From NCBI GenBank assembly GCA_017525475.1, contig JAFXST010000028.1, positions 11,656 to 75,655 of the forward strand: a DNA stretch of 64,000 bases, given 5' to 3'. Under the pieces are notes generated by a model, which did no database searches, was not told the DNA's origin, and worked only from the letters and a program-made list of their open reading frames with translations. The stretch comes from Kiritimatiellia bacterium (GTDB lineage: Bacteria > Verrucomicrobiota > Kiritimatiellia > RFP12 > UBA1067). The position numbers were made by a program, and so were the translations under genes. Positions 16,465 through 28,461 of this stretch are shown piece by piece (position 1 is the stretch's first letter; every line of letters begins with the position of its first letter).

Positions 16465-17648
16465 TTTGCGAGCCACAGATAATACCATTTGGGACGGTTG
16501 TCCTCCAGCGCCTGGCTGGCGGCGGCGGCCTCGCGCGCTTCGCGTTCGGCCATATAGTCGTGGAGCCACGGCGGCTCGAAGGCGTTTTCCTCGGTCGTAG
16601 CGGCCTCCGCGGCCGCGGCGACGGCCGATTCGGCCTCGAGCTCCTCGAGCCGCGCGCGCGCCTCGGCGGCATGCTCGCCCTCGGGATAGTCCTCGAGATA
16701 GAGCTTGTAGGCGTTGATGGCGCTGCGGCGGGTGCGGGTGCGCGAATCGTAGAATTTGCTCCCGATGTACGTGGCCGTATCGAGCGCCTTGCGCGCCTCC
16801 TCCAGCCACGCCACGTAATCGCTACGTTCGGAGATGGTGCAGTCGGAACGCACCGCGAGCTTCAGGAAGTTGATGGTGTCGCGGATGCGGCCGCGGTTGT
16901 AGCTATGCTCGTCGATAAGCCGCATGCGCACCTTGGCTTCGCGGTGCATGGCCGTGCGCGCCTCGACCGTGCCGGGATGGAGATTGCGCAGATTCTCGTA
17001 GACTTCCACCGCGCGCTCGAGTTTGCCCTCGTCCTCGCGCAGTTCGGCGATGGTGAGCATGGCGCCGGGCACGAACGCGGCCCCCGGGGCGCGCAGCACC
17101 AGCGCCTCGTAGGCGCGGCGGACGTCCACCGTATTGGCGAAGCGGAAGAACATGATGGTCTTGCCCTCTTCGCGCATCTTCTCGCACATGGCGAAATCGG
17201 ACTCCACCACCTTGGCGTAATTGCATTTGGCGGAGAAGAAATCGAGGAGATAGCGGTATTCCTCGCAAGCGTCGATATAGTCGCCCTCGCGCTCCTTGAG
17301 CTCGGCGAGCTTCAGCTGCGCCTCCGGCGCCTCGGGCGCGGTGGGCCATTCCTTGACGAGCGCGTCGTAGGCGCGGGCGGCGCGCCAGAACTTGTCCTGG
17401 GCGTCCAGCTCCTCCGCCCAGACGAGTTGCTCGGCGGCGGTATCCATTTTGGGCCCGCTGAACCAGCGGAACCAGCCAGGGGTTTTCTTGGAAGGCTTGA
17501 CGATCTCGTCTTCGGAATCGAACCCGGGATAGGCGTCGGTCGCATACTTTACGCCAGGCCCGGGGCTGAGGCCGGGCTGCAGCGGCTCCGCCGTCAGAAA
17601 CATGGCGGAAAAGACGAGCAGCGAAAAAAGGCAAATTTTCACTTTCAT
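16461..17648 (-). CDS. Secreted TPR-like protein (BamD/YfiO-like)
   Basis: It has a signal peptide and TPR-like helical repeats. The promoter -10 ends only about 7 nt upstream of its ATG. Confidence 0.45.
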   Translation of the reverse strand: MKVKICLFSLLVFSAMFLTAEPLQPGLSPGPGVKYATDAYPGFDSEDEIVKPSKKTPGWFRWFSGPKMDTAAEQLVWAEELDAQDKFWRAARAYDALVKEWPTAPEAPEAQLKLAELKEREGDYIDACEEYRYLLDFFSAKCNYAKVVESDFAMCEKMREEGKTIMFFRFANTVDVRRAYEALVLRAPGAAFVPGAMLTIAELREDEGKLERAVEVYENLRNLHPGTVEARTAMHREAKVRMRLIDEHSYNRGRIRDTINFLKLAVRSDCTISERSDYVAWLEEARKALDTATYIGSKFYDSRTRTRRSAINAYKLYLEDYPEGEHAAEARARLEELEAESAVAAAAEAATTEENAFEPPWLHDYMAEREAREAAAASQALEDNRPKWYYLWLAK

Positions 17649-17655
17649 AGGGTGT

Positions 17656-17688
17656 ATTATACCATATTGAGCAATACTTCGTCAATAC
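17656..17688 (-). promoter_or_regulatory. Sigma70-type promoter. -35 TTGACG, spacer 18 nt, extended -10 TGGTATAAT. The predicted TSS coincides with the ATG, giving a leaderless mRNA
   Basis: Reverse complement reads cgtaTTGACGaagtattgctcaataTGGTATAATacaccctATG. Confidence 0.55.
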
Positions 17689-18739
17689 GTTTTAAGTTAT
17701 TTCTCGTAAGCCCCGTGCCCGAAGGTAGACATAGCCCCGTGCGGAAGAGACGCTCGGCCGTCTCGCCCCCCACTACCGGACAGCCCGCGAACACCGGTTG
17801 CAAATGCATCGGCTTCCAGACCGGGCGCACCTCGATATCGGCGCGGTCGAACGCTTCGACAAGCCGGTCGCGCGCTTGCTCGCTCGCTAAGAGCCGGATG
17901 GTCAGCCAGCAGTTGCCGCCGGGCGAATGCTCGAGATACTCGCCGCCCAGCTCGAGATAGTGGCGGTAGAGGCGGCGGCGCTTTTCGAGGATGGTCTTGA
18001 GCCGCCCCAGTTGCGCGCAGCCGATGGCCGCGAGAATATTGGAGAGGCGGTAGTTGTAGCCGACTTCGCGGTGTTCGTACCACAAAACCGGCTCCCGCGA
18101 TTGCTGCGCGAGCTTGGCGGCCCGCCGGGCCAGTTCCGGGTCGTCGGTAAGCACCGCGCCGCCGCTCGAGGTGGTGACGATCTTGTTGCCGTTGAACGAA
18201 TAGATGGCGGCGACACCCGCCGACCCGGCCGGGCGGCCGTCGCGGACCGCCCCTACGGCCTCGGCGCTATCGACGACCAGCTGGGCGCCATAGGCGGCGG
18301 CAAGCGCCTCGAGCGCGCCGTAATCGCAGCAGTTGCCGTAGAGATCCACCCCCAAGACGAGCTTGTGGCGCGACTTGCAGGCTTTGAGCGCTTGTTCGAG
18401 GAGTTGGGGTTGGATCAGCCCCTGGCTATCGCAATCGACAAACGTCAGCTTGGCGCCACGGTGGAAGGCCGGGCCCACGGAGGCCACGAAAGTAAGCGTA
18501 GGGGCGAAGACCGTCCAATCGCCATTAACGCCCAGGCAGTGCATGATCAGATCGAGCGCGGCGGTGCCGCTGCTGACGGCGACGGCATGGCGACGGCCGG
18601 CGAGCGCGGCAAGTTGCCGCTCGAAGCGCTCCACGTCCGGCCCGCACGGGGCGAGGTACTTGGAATCGAAAGCCGCGGCTACGGCCTTGCGCTCGGCGGC
18701 GCCGGCGAACGGCGGCGAAAGGAAAATGCGCTTACTCAT
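17657..18739 (-). CDS. DegT/DnrJ/EryC1/StrS-family PLP-dependent sugar aminotransferase
   Basis: Starts MSKRIFLSPP and contains the SFNGNKIVTTSSGGAV PLP-lysine region. Confidence 0.75.
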   Translation of the reverse strand: MSKRIFLSPPFAGAAERKAVAAAFDSKYLAPCGPDVERFERQLAALAGRRHAVAVSSGTAALDLIMHCLGVNGDWTVFAPTLTFVASVGPAFHRGAKLTFVDCDSQGLIQPQLLEQALKACKSRHKLVLGVDLYGNCCDYGALEALAAAYGAQLVVDSAEAVGAVRDGRPAGSAGVAAIYSFNGNKIVTTSSGGAVLTDDPELARRAAKLAQQSREPVLWYEHREVGYNYRLSNILAAIGCAQLGRLKTILEKRRRLYRHYLELGGEYLEHSPGGNCWLTIRLLASEQARDRLVEAFDRADIEVRPVWKPMHLQPVFAGCPVVGGETAERLFRTGLCLPSGTGLTRNNLKRIDEVLLNMV

Positions 18740-20147
18740 GGTAGTTGATGGCCATACCTTCGGCGGTGGCGCGGCAATAGGTCTTGGTTTGGGGATTGTA
18801 GTAGCAAAGTTCGCTGTCGGGCGTGGACGGGGCGCCGTCGGCGACGAAATAGCCCTTCCATTCGTTTTCGCCCCAGTCGTAGGCGGCTCCCGGAGGCAGA
18901 TAGCCGCGAGGCACGAATCCGCCGTTGGGGAGCAAAAGCCGGTAGGTGATGGTGATGATATCGTTGGTGCCGACGTTAAGGAGGTCGGGCATGGCCACGA
19001 AGCGCAGGTTTTCGGCGACGATGCCGCTGAAATCGCCGGGCTGGCTATCCGCGTCGAGCGGGCGGACTTTGACGGCGAGGGGCGAAGAATCGGCCGCAAA
19101 GGAATTGGAGGAGGTACTCACCATATGGAAGCCCGCCCGGTTGATTTCGCGGCGCTCGGTGACCATGCCGGCGACGCGGAAGGTAAGCGCGGGATTGTCC
19201 ATGGGCACGTCGAACCGCGCCGGGAGCCGCCAACGGCACGCGTCCACCTTGACGGGCTTGCCGACCCAGGAAAGGCCGTAACTGTCGCTGGGGGTGATTT
19301 GCTGCACCACGATTTCGCCCGCGCCCTGCGGCTCGACGGCGAGCAGAAACTCGAACGGCTCGCCCACTTTGAGTTCCGGCGACGAAAGCGTAACCACCAC
19401 CGTGGCCACCGCGGCAAAACGCTTGATGGCCTTGCCGAGCAACAGCAGCGACACCATGAGCGCGAGCGCGAACGAGAGGACGATAGTCGCCTGGCGCGGC
19501 CACGGGTATTTGACGAGCGGCTTCGCCACCACCCGCCAAGCCGGCAGTTCCGCATCGGGATCGCCGAGCATGCGCGCGCGCACCGCCACCATGGCCGCTT
19601 CGATCGCCGGCGTCTGGCCGCGCGTCCAGGCCATGGCGTTAAGCCGGCTGAGAGCCCCCGCGTAATCGCCTTGATGGGCGAGCCGGCACAGCTCGAACCA
19701 CTCGTCGCCGGCGTCATCGGGCGGTTCGGGGAACGGCGGATAGGCGTTTTCGCCGTCGAGATCGATGGCGAGATCCGCGCCGGCCTTGGCGTGCACCGGC
19801 ACCGGATTGGCGCTGAAGCGCAAATCGCCGCACTTGAATTCGATGGCCGGCAGCCACAACACCCCCGCCTGCAGGGGCCGGACGCGATAGGTGACCCGCC
19901 GCGCGCCGTCGACGGTTTCGGTTTTGGCCGAGGCCTGGTCGAGCTTCCAGACGCGCCCGTCGAGGGCGCGGGATAAACGGGGCGGATGGAGCGCGGCAAA
20001 ATCGGCATTGCCGATAAAATCGACCGTCAGCGTCATCGGGTCGCCGACTTTGACGTTGTTGCAGTCGAAAAACGCCCGCGCGCGCAAATCGGTGCCGGTA
20101 ACCCCCGCAAGTTCGATGGCGGCCAAGAACAGCCCGGCCAAAATCAT
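18732..20147 (-). CDS. BatD-like (oxygen-tolerance family) membrane protein
   Basis: Signal peptide MILAGLFLAAIELAG. The topology is two extracytoplasmic domains, one central TM, and a C-terminal domain. Confidence 0.4.
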   Translation of the reverse strand: MILAGLFLAAIELAGVTGTDLRARAFFDCNNVKVGDPMTLTVDFIGNADFAALHPPRLSRALDGRVWKLDQASAKTETVDGARRVTYRVRPLQAGVLWLPAIEFKCGDLRFSANPVPVHAKAGADLAIDLDGENAYPPFPEPPDDAGDEWFELCRLAHQGDYAGALSRLNAMAWTRGQTPAIEAAMVAVRARMLGDPDAELPAWRVVAKPLVKYPWPRQATIVLSFALALMVSLLLLGKAIKRFAAVATVVVTLSSPELKVGEPFEFLLAVEPQGAGEIVVQQITPSDSYGLSWVGKPVKVDACRWRLPARFDVPMDNPALTFRVAGMVTERREINRAGFHMVSTSSNSFAADSSPLAVKVRPLDADSQPGDFSGIVAENLRFVAMPDLLNVGTNDIITITYRLLLPNGGFVPRGYLPPGAAYDWGENEWKGYFVADGAPSTPDSELCYYNPQTKTYCRATAEGMAINYHE

Positions 20148-21064
20148 CGGCGCACCACCTTGTAGCGGATCGTGAGCGACTCGCGGGAGAACCGGGCGAT
20201 GAACTCGGGACTGAGCCCGCGGACGATGCCGACGCTTCTCGCCACCTGCAGCGCCGCGCGGTCGGAGACGCCGTCGCCGCAGGATCTCGCGAGCTTGACG
20301 TCCACCATGCGCCCGGAAGTGGCGAACTTGACCGACAAAAATACCGTGCCTTCGGCGCCGATGGATGGCGACAGCTGATTCCATTTGTCGTTGAGCGCCA
20401 TCTGGACGAGACTTACGCCCAGTTGCAAATCGCTCGTGGCCAGCTGTTCGGAGGTGCCGGGCTTGTAGCCCTGGTTGAGGAGTTTTTGGATTTCGGCCTC
20501 CGAAAGCGTTTTCTTGGCGGTGCGGCCGTTGCCCGAGGGCGCGTTCTTGACGACCGTCTTGACCTCTTTGGCGGATTTGCGCATCCTGGCCAGGCGCTCC
20601 TCGCGCGTTTCCTTGGGCTTCTCCGGCTTCTTCTCCGGCGGTTTCTCCTTGGGCTTTTCTTCGGCCTTGGGTTTCTCCTCCACCTTGGGCTTCGGCTTGT
20701 CCTTGGGCTTCTCCTCGACCTTGGGCGGCTCTTCCTTTTTAGGCTCCTCCTTGATTACTTCCACCGCCTCCTGCTTGGGTTCGATTTTGGGCGGGTCGGG
20801 CGGTGGGGGCGTGGGATCCGGCGGCGGGGGCGGCGGCTCGGGCTCGGGATTGTCCAAGGGCGGCGGCTCGTTCTCTTCGCCGTCGAGATTCTTGTTGACC
20901 ACCACCGTAAGATCGATCGGGATAACCGTTTCGCGCGGACGGAAGCGGACGAGCGCCAGCATCGCGAGGACGGTAAAGAAAATTACATGGACGAGGAGCG
21001 ACACGCCCAGCGTGAACGGCGAGACGACCGGCGGCACCTGGCGTTCCTCGTCGAAATCGACCAT
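20144..21064 (-). CDS. tonB: TonB energy transducer
   Basis: N-terminal TM, a Pro/Lys/Glu-rich spacer (PEPEPPPPPPDPTPPPPDPPK, EEKPKDKPKPK) and a C-terminal TonB domain. Confidence 0.8.
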   Translation of the reverse strand: MVDFDEERQVPPVVSPFTLGVSLLVHVIFFTVLAMLALVRFRPRETVIPIDLTVVVNKNLDGEENEPPPLDNPEPEPPPPPPDPTPPPPDPPKIEPKQEAVEVIKEEPKKEEPPKVEEKPKDKPKPKVEEKPKAEEKPKEKPPEKKPEKPKETREERLARMRKSAKEVKTVVKNAPSGNGRTAKKTLSEAEIQKLLNQGYKPGTSEQLATSDLQLGVSLVQMALNDKWNQLSPSIGAEGTVFLSVKFATSGRMVDVKLARSCGDGVSDRAALQVARSVGIVRGLSPEFIARFSRESLTIRYKVVRR

Positions 21065-21477
21065 TACTTCTCCACCGTCACCAGACTCATCCGGCGGATG
21101 CGGCACTTGTAGATGATTTTGACTACGCCCATCACGCTGCCGTAATCGAGCCGCTCGTCGCCGCGCACCAATACCGGCACGTCCGGATCCTCGGCCGCCA
21201 TCTGCTTGAGCGTGACTTCCAGATCTTCGGCCGTGGTGGGCTTGTCGTTGAGGAAGATCCGGCCGGTGGAATCGATGGTTACGGTATTGGCCTTGCCGTT
21301 TTTGGTGGGGAGCTCGTCGGTCTTGGCCTGCGGCAGCAGGATGGACACCCCCTGTTCCAACGCCGGCAAGGTGACGATGAACGTGACCAGCAGCAAAAAG
21401 GTGAGATCGATGAGCGAGTTCATGTCGATCTGCGCCTTGGGGCGCTCCACGCGCCGCCTGCGTCGGCCGAGCGCCAT
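21064..21477 (-). CDS. exbD: ExbD/TolR biopolymer transport protein
   Basis: Starts MALGRRRRRVERPK...DLTFLLLVTFIV and has a periplasmic domain. Confidence 0.8.
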   Translation of the reverse strand: MALGRRRRRVERPKAQIDMNSLIDLTFLLLVTFIVTLPALEQGVSILLPQAKTDELPTKNGKANTVTIDSTGRIFLNDKPTTAEDLEVTLKQMAAEDPDVPVLVRGDERLDYGSVMGVVKIIYKCRIRRMSLVTVEK

Positions 21478-21479
21478 AA

Positions 21480-22205
21480 TTATTCGCTCCTCCCCTGGAA
21501 CTCGCAGGCGATGCGGCCGATCAGCTCGTCGGCGAAGCCTTCCATGTCCGAGGTGATGTCGCGCACGGTAGCGGTAAGCTTGTTGTAGGCCATGACGCCG
21601 GGGATGGCGATCAAGAGCCCCACCACCGTAGTCACCAACGCCGAAGAAATCGACGGCGCGATGGTGGCCAGGTTGGCCGAGCCGGCGCTGCCCATTTCGG
21701 CGAACGCGTCGAGCACGCCCCAAACCGTGCCCAACAGCCCGAGCATGGGCGAAAGCGCGACGATGGTGGCGATAACCCCCATGCCGTGCTCGACTTTGAT
21801 CTCCTCCTCGTCGAGCGCATGTTCGCAGGCGCCCTTGACGAGTTCGATTTCGCGGGCGGTGAGCGCCGCCGCGTTGGGCGAACCCGCGCCGCGGCCGGCC
21901 AGCATCGAACGGGTGTCGGGCGTAAGCAGCTTGAGGAGCCGATCGCAGGTACGCGCGTAAATCCCCTCGAGCCCCGAGGCCGAACGGGTCGGCCGGTTGC
22001 GCAGATAATACTCCAAGACGTCGCGGTCTTCGGTAAAGTCGCGGACGAACCGCTTGAGGAGGAGACTTATTACCCCCAGTTCCTTGGCCTTGCCGATGAT
22101 TACCGCCAGCATCGCCACGCTCCCCAAAAGCTGCAGCGCGACAATGCCCTGCCCCATAAGATTGGATTTGATGAAACCTTCAACCAGCGAGTTCGCGAGC
22201 AACAT
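21480..22205 (-). CDS. exbB: ExbB/TolQ/MotA-family proton channel
   Basis: Three TM helices. The C-terminal motif is GLLGTVWG. Confidence 0.8.
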   Translation of the reverse strand: MLLANSLVEGFIKSNLMGQGIVALQLLGSVAMLAVIIGKAKELGVISLLLKRFVRDFTEDRDVLEYYLRNRPTRSASGLEGIYARTCDRLLKLLTPDTRSMLAGRGAGSPNAAALTAREIELVKGACEHALDEEEIKVEHGMGVIATIVALSPMLGLLGTVWGVLDAFAEMGSAGSANLATIAPSISSALVTTVVGLLIAIPGVMAYNKLTATVRDITSDMEGFADELIGRIACEFQGRSE

Positions 22206-23187
22206 TGGTTACTTGTCCTTCCGGCGGGAGATCGCCGCGGGTAAAGCCGCACGCCTCCAGCACTTGATCGGTAGTTCGGAAATGCGCCTTGCAGTGGTTC
22301 ATGAGGTAATTCGGACCTTCCGCACGGACACGTTCGATTGCAAATTCTTTGACTTTGGGGTCGCTGGAGCCGATCGGTAGCGCCGACTCGGGATCTTCGC
22401 CCTGCATCTCGCGCAAAAACAGCTCGCGCGCGATCACCGAGGCCGCCGCAACCGCGATATCGTCCTCGGCCTTGTGGCGCTGCACGACCTCCACCCGGCG
22501 CCCCCGCTCCTTGAGCGCTTTGGCGATGGTCGATTCGGTGTGCGCGAACTGGTCGACGACCACGCGGGGGCAAGCGGGCTGCTTGCCCAACAGTTCCTCG
22601 ATGGCGGTGGCGTGCGCCCAGGCGAGCATGCGGTTGATGTTCTTCATCCGCGCATACAGCCGGTTGTAGGCGGCGTTGCCGAGTTTGACGACGGTGTAGC
22701 GCTCCGGACCGAGCAACTTGCGCAAGGCGGCGCCGACCGCCAGCACCTGCTTGTCGCTCATCTGCTTGCAGTCGCGCGCGCCCAGTTCCTTCATCTGAGC
22801 GCTCAAGCTCTCGTCGGTGTAGCAGCAGGCCACCACCAGCGGACCGAAATAGTCGCCCTTGCCGGACTCGTCGCTGCCGGCGTGGGCGGAAAAGTTCTCG
22901 GGGTGCAGCACCTCCTCGTAGCCGAGCGATGCCGCCCCCAAAACCTTTGGTTCGAGCACGAACAGGACGAAATCCTCCGCACCGCGACCTTGGATGCAGA
23001 GTTTGCGCCGGCCGTGCTTTTCTTTTTCGTACAAGGTGGCGTTGAAGCGGTCGCCCTCGACGGACCACAGCGCATACGGCACCTCGCGGCGACGGTAGTT
23101 GCCGGTAAGCATCACCCCCAGGAGGAGTTCCTGCTGATCCTCCGTAAGTTCGTAGGTGTAGGTGGTCCTGGGGGCGATGTCGCTCAT
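22180..23187 (-). CDS. rnhC: Ribonuclease HIII
   Basis: GSDESGKGDYFGPLVVA is the RNase H type-2 catalytic motif in its HIII form, preceded by an N-terminal ~90-aa domain. The start overlaps the kbl stop. Confidence 0.7.
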   Translation of the reverse strand: MSDIAPRTTYTYELTEDQQELLLGVMLTGNYRRREVPYALWSVEGDRFNATLYEKEKHGRRKLCIQGRGAEDFVLFVLEPKVLGAASLGYEEVLHPENFSAHAGSDESGKGDYFGPLVVACCYTDESLSAQMKELGARDCKQMSDKQVLAVGAALRKLLGPERYTVVKLGNAAYNRLYARMKNINRMLAWAHATAIEELLGKQPACPRVVVDQFAHTESTIAKALKERGRRVEVVQRHKAEDDIAVAAASVIARELFLREMQGEDPESALPIGSSDPKVKEFAIERVRAEGPNYLMNHCKAHFRTTDQVLEACGFTRGDLPPEGQVTNVARELAG

Positions 23188-24362
23188 CAGCGGCTCTTGG
23201 CGAACGCCTGGATGGCGAAGTCGATGTCTTCGGGCGTGTGCGCCGCCGACATCTGGGTGCGGATGCGCGCCTTGCCCATGGGCACCACGGGATAGAAAAA
23301 TCCGGTGGCGTAGACGCCGTTCTTGTAGAGGTTTTCGCTCATCTTGACGGCGACTTCGGCGTCGCCCAGCATGACCGGAACGATCGGATGGTGGCCGGGC
23401 ACCAGATTGAAGCCGAGCGCCTCCATGCCCTTGCGGAACCGCTGCGCGTTGGCGTTGAGCGTCGCGCGCAGTTCCGGACGGGTGCGCACGAGTTCGATGG
23501 CCTTGATGGAAGCGGCCGCGACCGGCGGCGGGACGGCGTTGGAGAAGAGATAGGGACGCGCCTTCTGGCGGAGGATGTCCACGATCTCCTGGCGGGCCGC
23601 CACATAGCCGCCCGAAGCGCCGCCCAGCGCCTTGCCGAAGGTGCCGGTGATGATGTCGACGCGACCGGTGCAGCCGCAGTCCTCGACCGAGCCGGAACCG
23701 TTGGCGCCCAAAACGCCGACCGCATGGGAATCGTCGACCATCACCAGCGCCGAGTACTTGTCGGCGAGGTCGCAGATCTCCTTCAAGGGGGCGATGATGC
23801 CGTCCATCGAGAAGACGCCGTCGGTGACGATGAGCTTGAAGCGCGCCCCGGCCTCGTCGGCCGCAACGAGCTGCTTTTCGAGATCGGCCATGTCGCCGTT
23901 GGCGTAGCGGAAGCGCTTGGCCTTGCACAGGCGCACGCCGTCGATGATGGAGGCGTGGTTGAGCGCATCGGAGATGATGGCGTCCTCGGCCGATAGCAGC
24001 GCCTCGAACACGCCGCCGTTGGCGTCGAAGCAGGAGCCGAAGAGAATGCAGTCGTCGGTGCCGGCGAAGTCGGCCACCGTGCGTTCGAGCTCCTTGTGGA
24101 GCGTGTCGGTGCCGCAGATGAAGCGCACCGAGCCCATGCCGTAGCCGTATTTGGCGGTGGCCTCGCGCGACGCCTCGATTATCTCGGGATGGTTGGCGAG
24201 CCCGAGATAGTTGTTGGCGCACATGTTGAGGAGCTTGGTGCCGTTGTCGAGCACTACCCGCGCGCTCTGGGGAGTTGCGATGATCTTTTCGTTTTTGTAG
24301 AGACTCTTGGCCTTGAGATCGGCGATGGTCTCCTGCAGATGGGCCTGGAATTTTCCGTACAT
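23187..24362 (-). CDS. kbl: Glycine C-acetyltransferase (2-amino-3-ketobutyrate CoA ligase)
   Basis: Belongs to the PLP-dependent AONS family and lies directly downstream of tdh. Confidence 0.85.
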   Translation of the reverse strand: MYGKFQAHLQETIADLKAKSLYKNEKIIATPQSARVVLDNGTKLLNMCANNYLGLANHPEIIEASREATAKYGYGMGSVRFICGTDTLHKELERTVADFAGTDDCILFGSCFDANGGVFEALLSAEDAIISDALNHASIIDGVRLCKAKRFRYANGDMADLEKQLVAADEAGARFKLIVTDGVFSMDGIIAPLKEICDLADKYSALVMVDDSHAVGVLGANGSGSVEDCGCTGRVDIITGTFGKALGGASGGYVAARQEIVDILRQKARPYLFSNAVPPPVAAASIKAIELVRTRPELRATLNANAQRFRKGMEALGFNLVPGHHPIVPVMLGDAEVAVKMSENLYKNGVYATGFFYPVVPMGKARIRTQMSAAHTPEDIDFAIQAFAKSR

Positions 24363-24374
24363 TTGTGTTCCTCC

Positions 24375-25403
24375 TTAAGCTTCCCAATCGAGAATGACCT
24401 TGCCGGACTTGCCGGAGATCATGGCTTCAAAGCCCTTCTCGAAGTCGGTGTATTTGTAGTGGTGGGTGATTACCGGGCTGATATCGAGCCCGCCCTGGAT
24501 CATGGCGCCCATCTTGTACCAGGTCTCGAACATTTCGCGCCCGTAGATGCCCTTGATCTTGAGCCCCTTCCAGACGATATGGTTCCAGTTGACCTTGGTT
24601 TCGGGGCCGTGGATACCCAAGAGCGCGATGCGCCCGCCGGTGTTCATGGACTCGATCATCTGGTTGAGACAAGGCGCGGCGCCGCTCATTTCGAGGCCCA
24701 CGTCGAAGCCTTCGACCATGCCGAGTTCCTTCATCACGTCCTCGAGCCGCTCGTTCCTGGAGTTGACCGTGCGCGTGGCGCCGAGCTGCTTGGCTAGCCC
24801 CAGGCGGTAGTCGTTGATGTCTACCACCACCACATTGCGGGCGCCCACGTACTTGGAAATGCCCGCCGCCATGATGCCGATGGGACCGGCGCCGGTGATG
24901 AGCACATCCTCGCCCACCATGTTGAAGCTGAGCGCCGTATGGGTGGCGTTGCCGAACGGGTCGAATATGGCGTAGAGATCGTCGCTGATCGACGGGTCGC
25001 AATGCCACACGTTGGACTCCGGAATGCACAGATACTCCGCGAACGCGCCGTCGCGGTTGACGCCCACGCCCTGGGTCTCGCGGCACAGGTGGCGCTGGCC
25101 GGCGCGGCAGTTGCGGCAATGGCCGCACACGATGTGCCCTTCGCCGGAGACGCGCTCGCCCACCTTGACGCTCTTGACGTTGGAGCCTACCTCCACCACT
25201 TCGCCCACGTACTCGTGGCCGATGGTCATGGGCGGCCGGATGGTCTCCTGCGCCCAGCTGTTCCACTCGTAGATGTGGACGTCGGTACCGCAGATTGCGG
25301 TTTTCTTGATTTTGATGAGCACGTCGTTGATGCCCACTTCCGGAATCGGTTTTTCCACCAATTCCACGCCTTTTTGCGGCGCTACCTTAGCTATTGCTTT
25401 CAT
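24375..25403 (-). CDS. tdh: L-threonine 3-dehydrogenase
   Basis: Zinc-ADH family (GHEYVGEVV...CGHCRNC). tdh-kbl synteny supports the call. Confidence 0.85.
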   Translation of the reverse strand: MKAIAKVAPQKGVELVEKPIPEVGINDVLIKIKKTAICGTDVHIYEWNSWAQETIRPPMTIGHEYVGEVVEVGSNVKSVKVGERVSGEGHIVCGHCRNCRAGQRHLCRETQGVGVNRDGAFAEYLCIPESNVWHCDPSISDDLYAIFDPFGNATHTALSFNMVGEDVLITGAGPIGIMAAGISKYVGARNVVVVDINDYRLGLAKQLGATRTVNSRNERLEDVMKELGMVEGFDVGLEMSGAAPCLNQMIESMNTGGRIALLGIHGPETKVNWNHIVWKGLKIKGIYGREMFETWYKMGAMIQGGLDISPVITHHYKYTDFEKGFEAMISGKSGKVILDWEA

Positions 25404-25428
25404 GGTTTTTCGTTTTGGATTTTTGAGA

Positions 25429-26526
25429 TTATTTCGCGTAAAAGCGGAATTCGGTCGAAGTAGTGTACCGTTCGCCCGCCTTGACGACGGTGGTGGGCCA
25501 CTGGGGCTTGTTGGGCGAGTCGGGAGCGTGCTGGGTCTCCAGCGCCACGCCGCAGCGGAACGAAAGGTGCTCGCCGCCCTTGGCGGTCTGGTCGTAGCTG
25601 GCCCAGTTGGCGGTATAGACCTGGAGGCACGGCTCGGTGGTGTACACGTCGACGCACCGCCCGTTCAGCGGGCAGTAGAGACCGCCGGCATACACGAGCC
25701 CGCCCTTGCCGCCGGCCATGATGCCTTCGTTCAATACCCAGTTGTGGTCGTAGCCCTTGCCGATCTCCAGCTGTTCGCCGGCTTCGTTGATGCGCTCGCC
25801 GATGCGCATGCCCTTGCGGAAATCGAACGGGGTGCCGTCCACTTTGGCGATCTCGCCGGTAGGGATCTGGCCCTTGTCGGTAGGAGTGACCGCGTCGGCC
25901 GCGATGGTCATCACGTGATCTTCGATGGTGCCGCCGGCTTCGCCCTTGAAGTTGAAGTAGACGTGCTGGGTCATGTTGATGGGCGTATCCTTGTCGGGTA
26001 CGGCCTCGTAATCCACGCGCCAGACGTTATCCTTGGTGACGGTATAGACCACCTTGACTTCCACCTTGCCGGGGAAGCCCTCGTCGCCGTCGGGGGAGAC
26101 GTGCGTAAAGGTCACGCCGACATTGTCGCCGTCGACGAAGGGTTCCGCCCCCCACACGTAGGCATCCCAGCCGCGCGCGCCGCCGTGGAGATTGCAGCCG
26201 ATGCCGCCGGGGGCGTTGTTGAGCGCCGGCAGCTTGTACTCCACGCCGTTCAGCGTAAAGCGCCCGGCGGCGATGCGGTTGCCGTACCGGCCGATGATGC
26301 AGCCCCAGTAGGGGTCGCCGTTGTCCCAACCGGCGGGGGAATCGAAGCCGACCACCACGTCCTTGAGATTGCCGTCGCGGTCGGGTGTGAAGAGCCGTAC
26401 GACCTTGCCGCCGTAGTCGCTCGCTTCCAGAACCATGCCGCCGGCGCCGTTCAAAACGAACTTGCGCGCTTTTTCGCCGTATTTGGTGGTGCCGAAATCG
26501 GCAACCGAATAACTGGGTTTAGCCAT
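25429..26526 (-). CDS. galM: Aldose 1-epimerase (galactose mutarotase)
   Basis: Mutarotase family hallmarks are present. Confidence 0.75.
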   Translation of the reverse strand: MAKPSYSVADFGTTKYGEKARKFVLNGAGGMVLEASDYGGKVVRLFTPDRDGNLKDVVVGFDSPAGWDNGDPYWGCIIGRYGNRIAAGRFTLNGVEYKLPALNNAPGGIGCNLHGGARGWDAYVWGAEPFVDGDNVGVTFTHVSPDGDEGFPGKVEVKVVYTVTKDNVWRVDYEAVPDKDTPINMTQHVYFNFKGEAGGTIEDHVMTIAADAVTPTDKGQIPTGEIAKVDGTPFDFRKGMRIGERINEAGEQLEIGKGYDHNWVLNEGIMAGGKGGLVYAGGLYCPLNGRCVDVYTTEPCLQVYTANWASYDQTAKGGEHLSFRCGVALETQHAPDSPNKPQWPTTVVKAGERYTTSTEFRFYAK

Positions 26527-26539
26527 GTGGATTCCTTTC

Positions 26540-27762
26540 TTATTCGTAACGCAGACAATCTATGGGGTTGAGTTTGCTGGCGCGATAGGCGGGATAGAAC
26601 CCGAAGAATACGCCCACAAACGCGGAAAAACCGAACGAGAACAAGGCCGACGACACCTCGATGACGATCGGCCAGTGCTTGATGGCGCCGATGAGCCGGG
26701 CCACGCCCACCCCCAGCGCCACGCCGAGCAGCCCGCCCACGGTGGCGAGCACGATCGCCTCCAGCAGGAACTGCGCGAGAATCATGAACGGCGTGGCCCC
26801 GATGGCCATCCTGAGCCCGATCTCCTTGATCCGCTCCGTGACCGACACGAGCATGATATTCATGATGCCGATGCCGCCGACCAGCAGCGAAATCGCGGCC
26901 ACCACGGTCAGGAGCACCGTCATCAACCCCGTGACCGAACCGATGGTGTTCATGATTTCGGTGGTGTCGCGCGTCTCGAAATCGTCGTCCTGGTAATCCG
27001 CAAGTTTGTGCCGCTGCCTCAGCAGCGCCGAAATCTCGCGCTTGGCCTCGTCGAGGTCGTTCATGTCGTGGAGCGAAAGGTTCATCATGTTGATGGACTT
27101 GAACGACGAACCCTGCAACACCCGGGAGACCGTGGTGTAGGGCGCCATGACCGTATCGTCCTGGTCGTCGCCCCAGTTGTTGGCGCCCTTGGAATTCAAG
27201 AGCCCCACCACCTTGAACGCCATGTTGTTGATGCGCATGGTCTTGCCCACCGCGTCTTCGTCGCCGAAAAGATTGTTGGCCACGCTCGTGCCGATCACGC
27301 ACACCCGGGCCGCCCGGCGCTCCTCCTGCTCGCTGAAGAACCGGCCGTCGCGCAGCGTCCAGTTCTTGATGTCGGGGAATTCGGTGGACACGCCCTGCAC
27401 GCGCGTGGACCAGTTCTTGTTCTGGTACATCAATTGGCTGGCGGCGTTGACCTGGGGCGACGCGTACGCGATCAGATGCGATAGTTCGTTTTTGATCGCC
27501 AGCACGTCCTCGGCGGTCATGTTCTGCCCGCCGCCCAGGCCCTGGTGGACGGCTCCGGCCGGGCGGCGCTCGGGGAACACCATCACGAGATTGTTGCCCA
27601 TCTGGCTGATCTCCGCCACCATCATGGCGCTCGCGCCTTTGCCGATGGCCAAGACCGCGATCACCGCCGCGATGCCGAAAATGATGCCGAGGCACGTGAG
27701 CAGCGAACGCGTCTTGTTGCGGAAGATGGCCAATACCGCCACCTTGAAGATCATGGCGATGC

Positions 27763-27766
<4 letters not shown>
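26540..27766 (-). CDS. ABC transporter permease, MacB/LolC/FtsX family
   Basis: Four TM helices with a large periplasmic loop. Confidence 0.8.

Positions 27767-28457
<691 letters not shown>

Positions 28458-28461
<4 letters not shown>

Noticed and set aside
18732-20147. Calling the BatD-like protein part of a full batABCDE aerotolerance operon
   Set aside because: No von Willebrand factor type A domain (VWA) BatA/BatB-type genes are present. The neighbours are tonB-exbBD and an aminotransferase. Only the topology-level similarity to BatD was retained, at low confidence.
22180-24387. 735-aa minus-strand ORF spanning rnhC and kbl
   Set aside because: It is an artefact of an open alternative frame over kbl. 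Only its last 335 codons (22180-23187, RNase HIII) are real; kbl is ORF 23187-24362.
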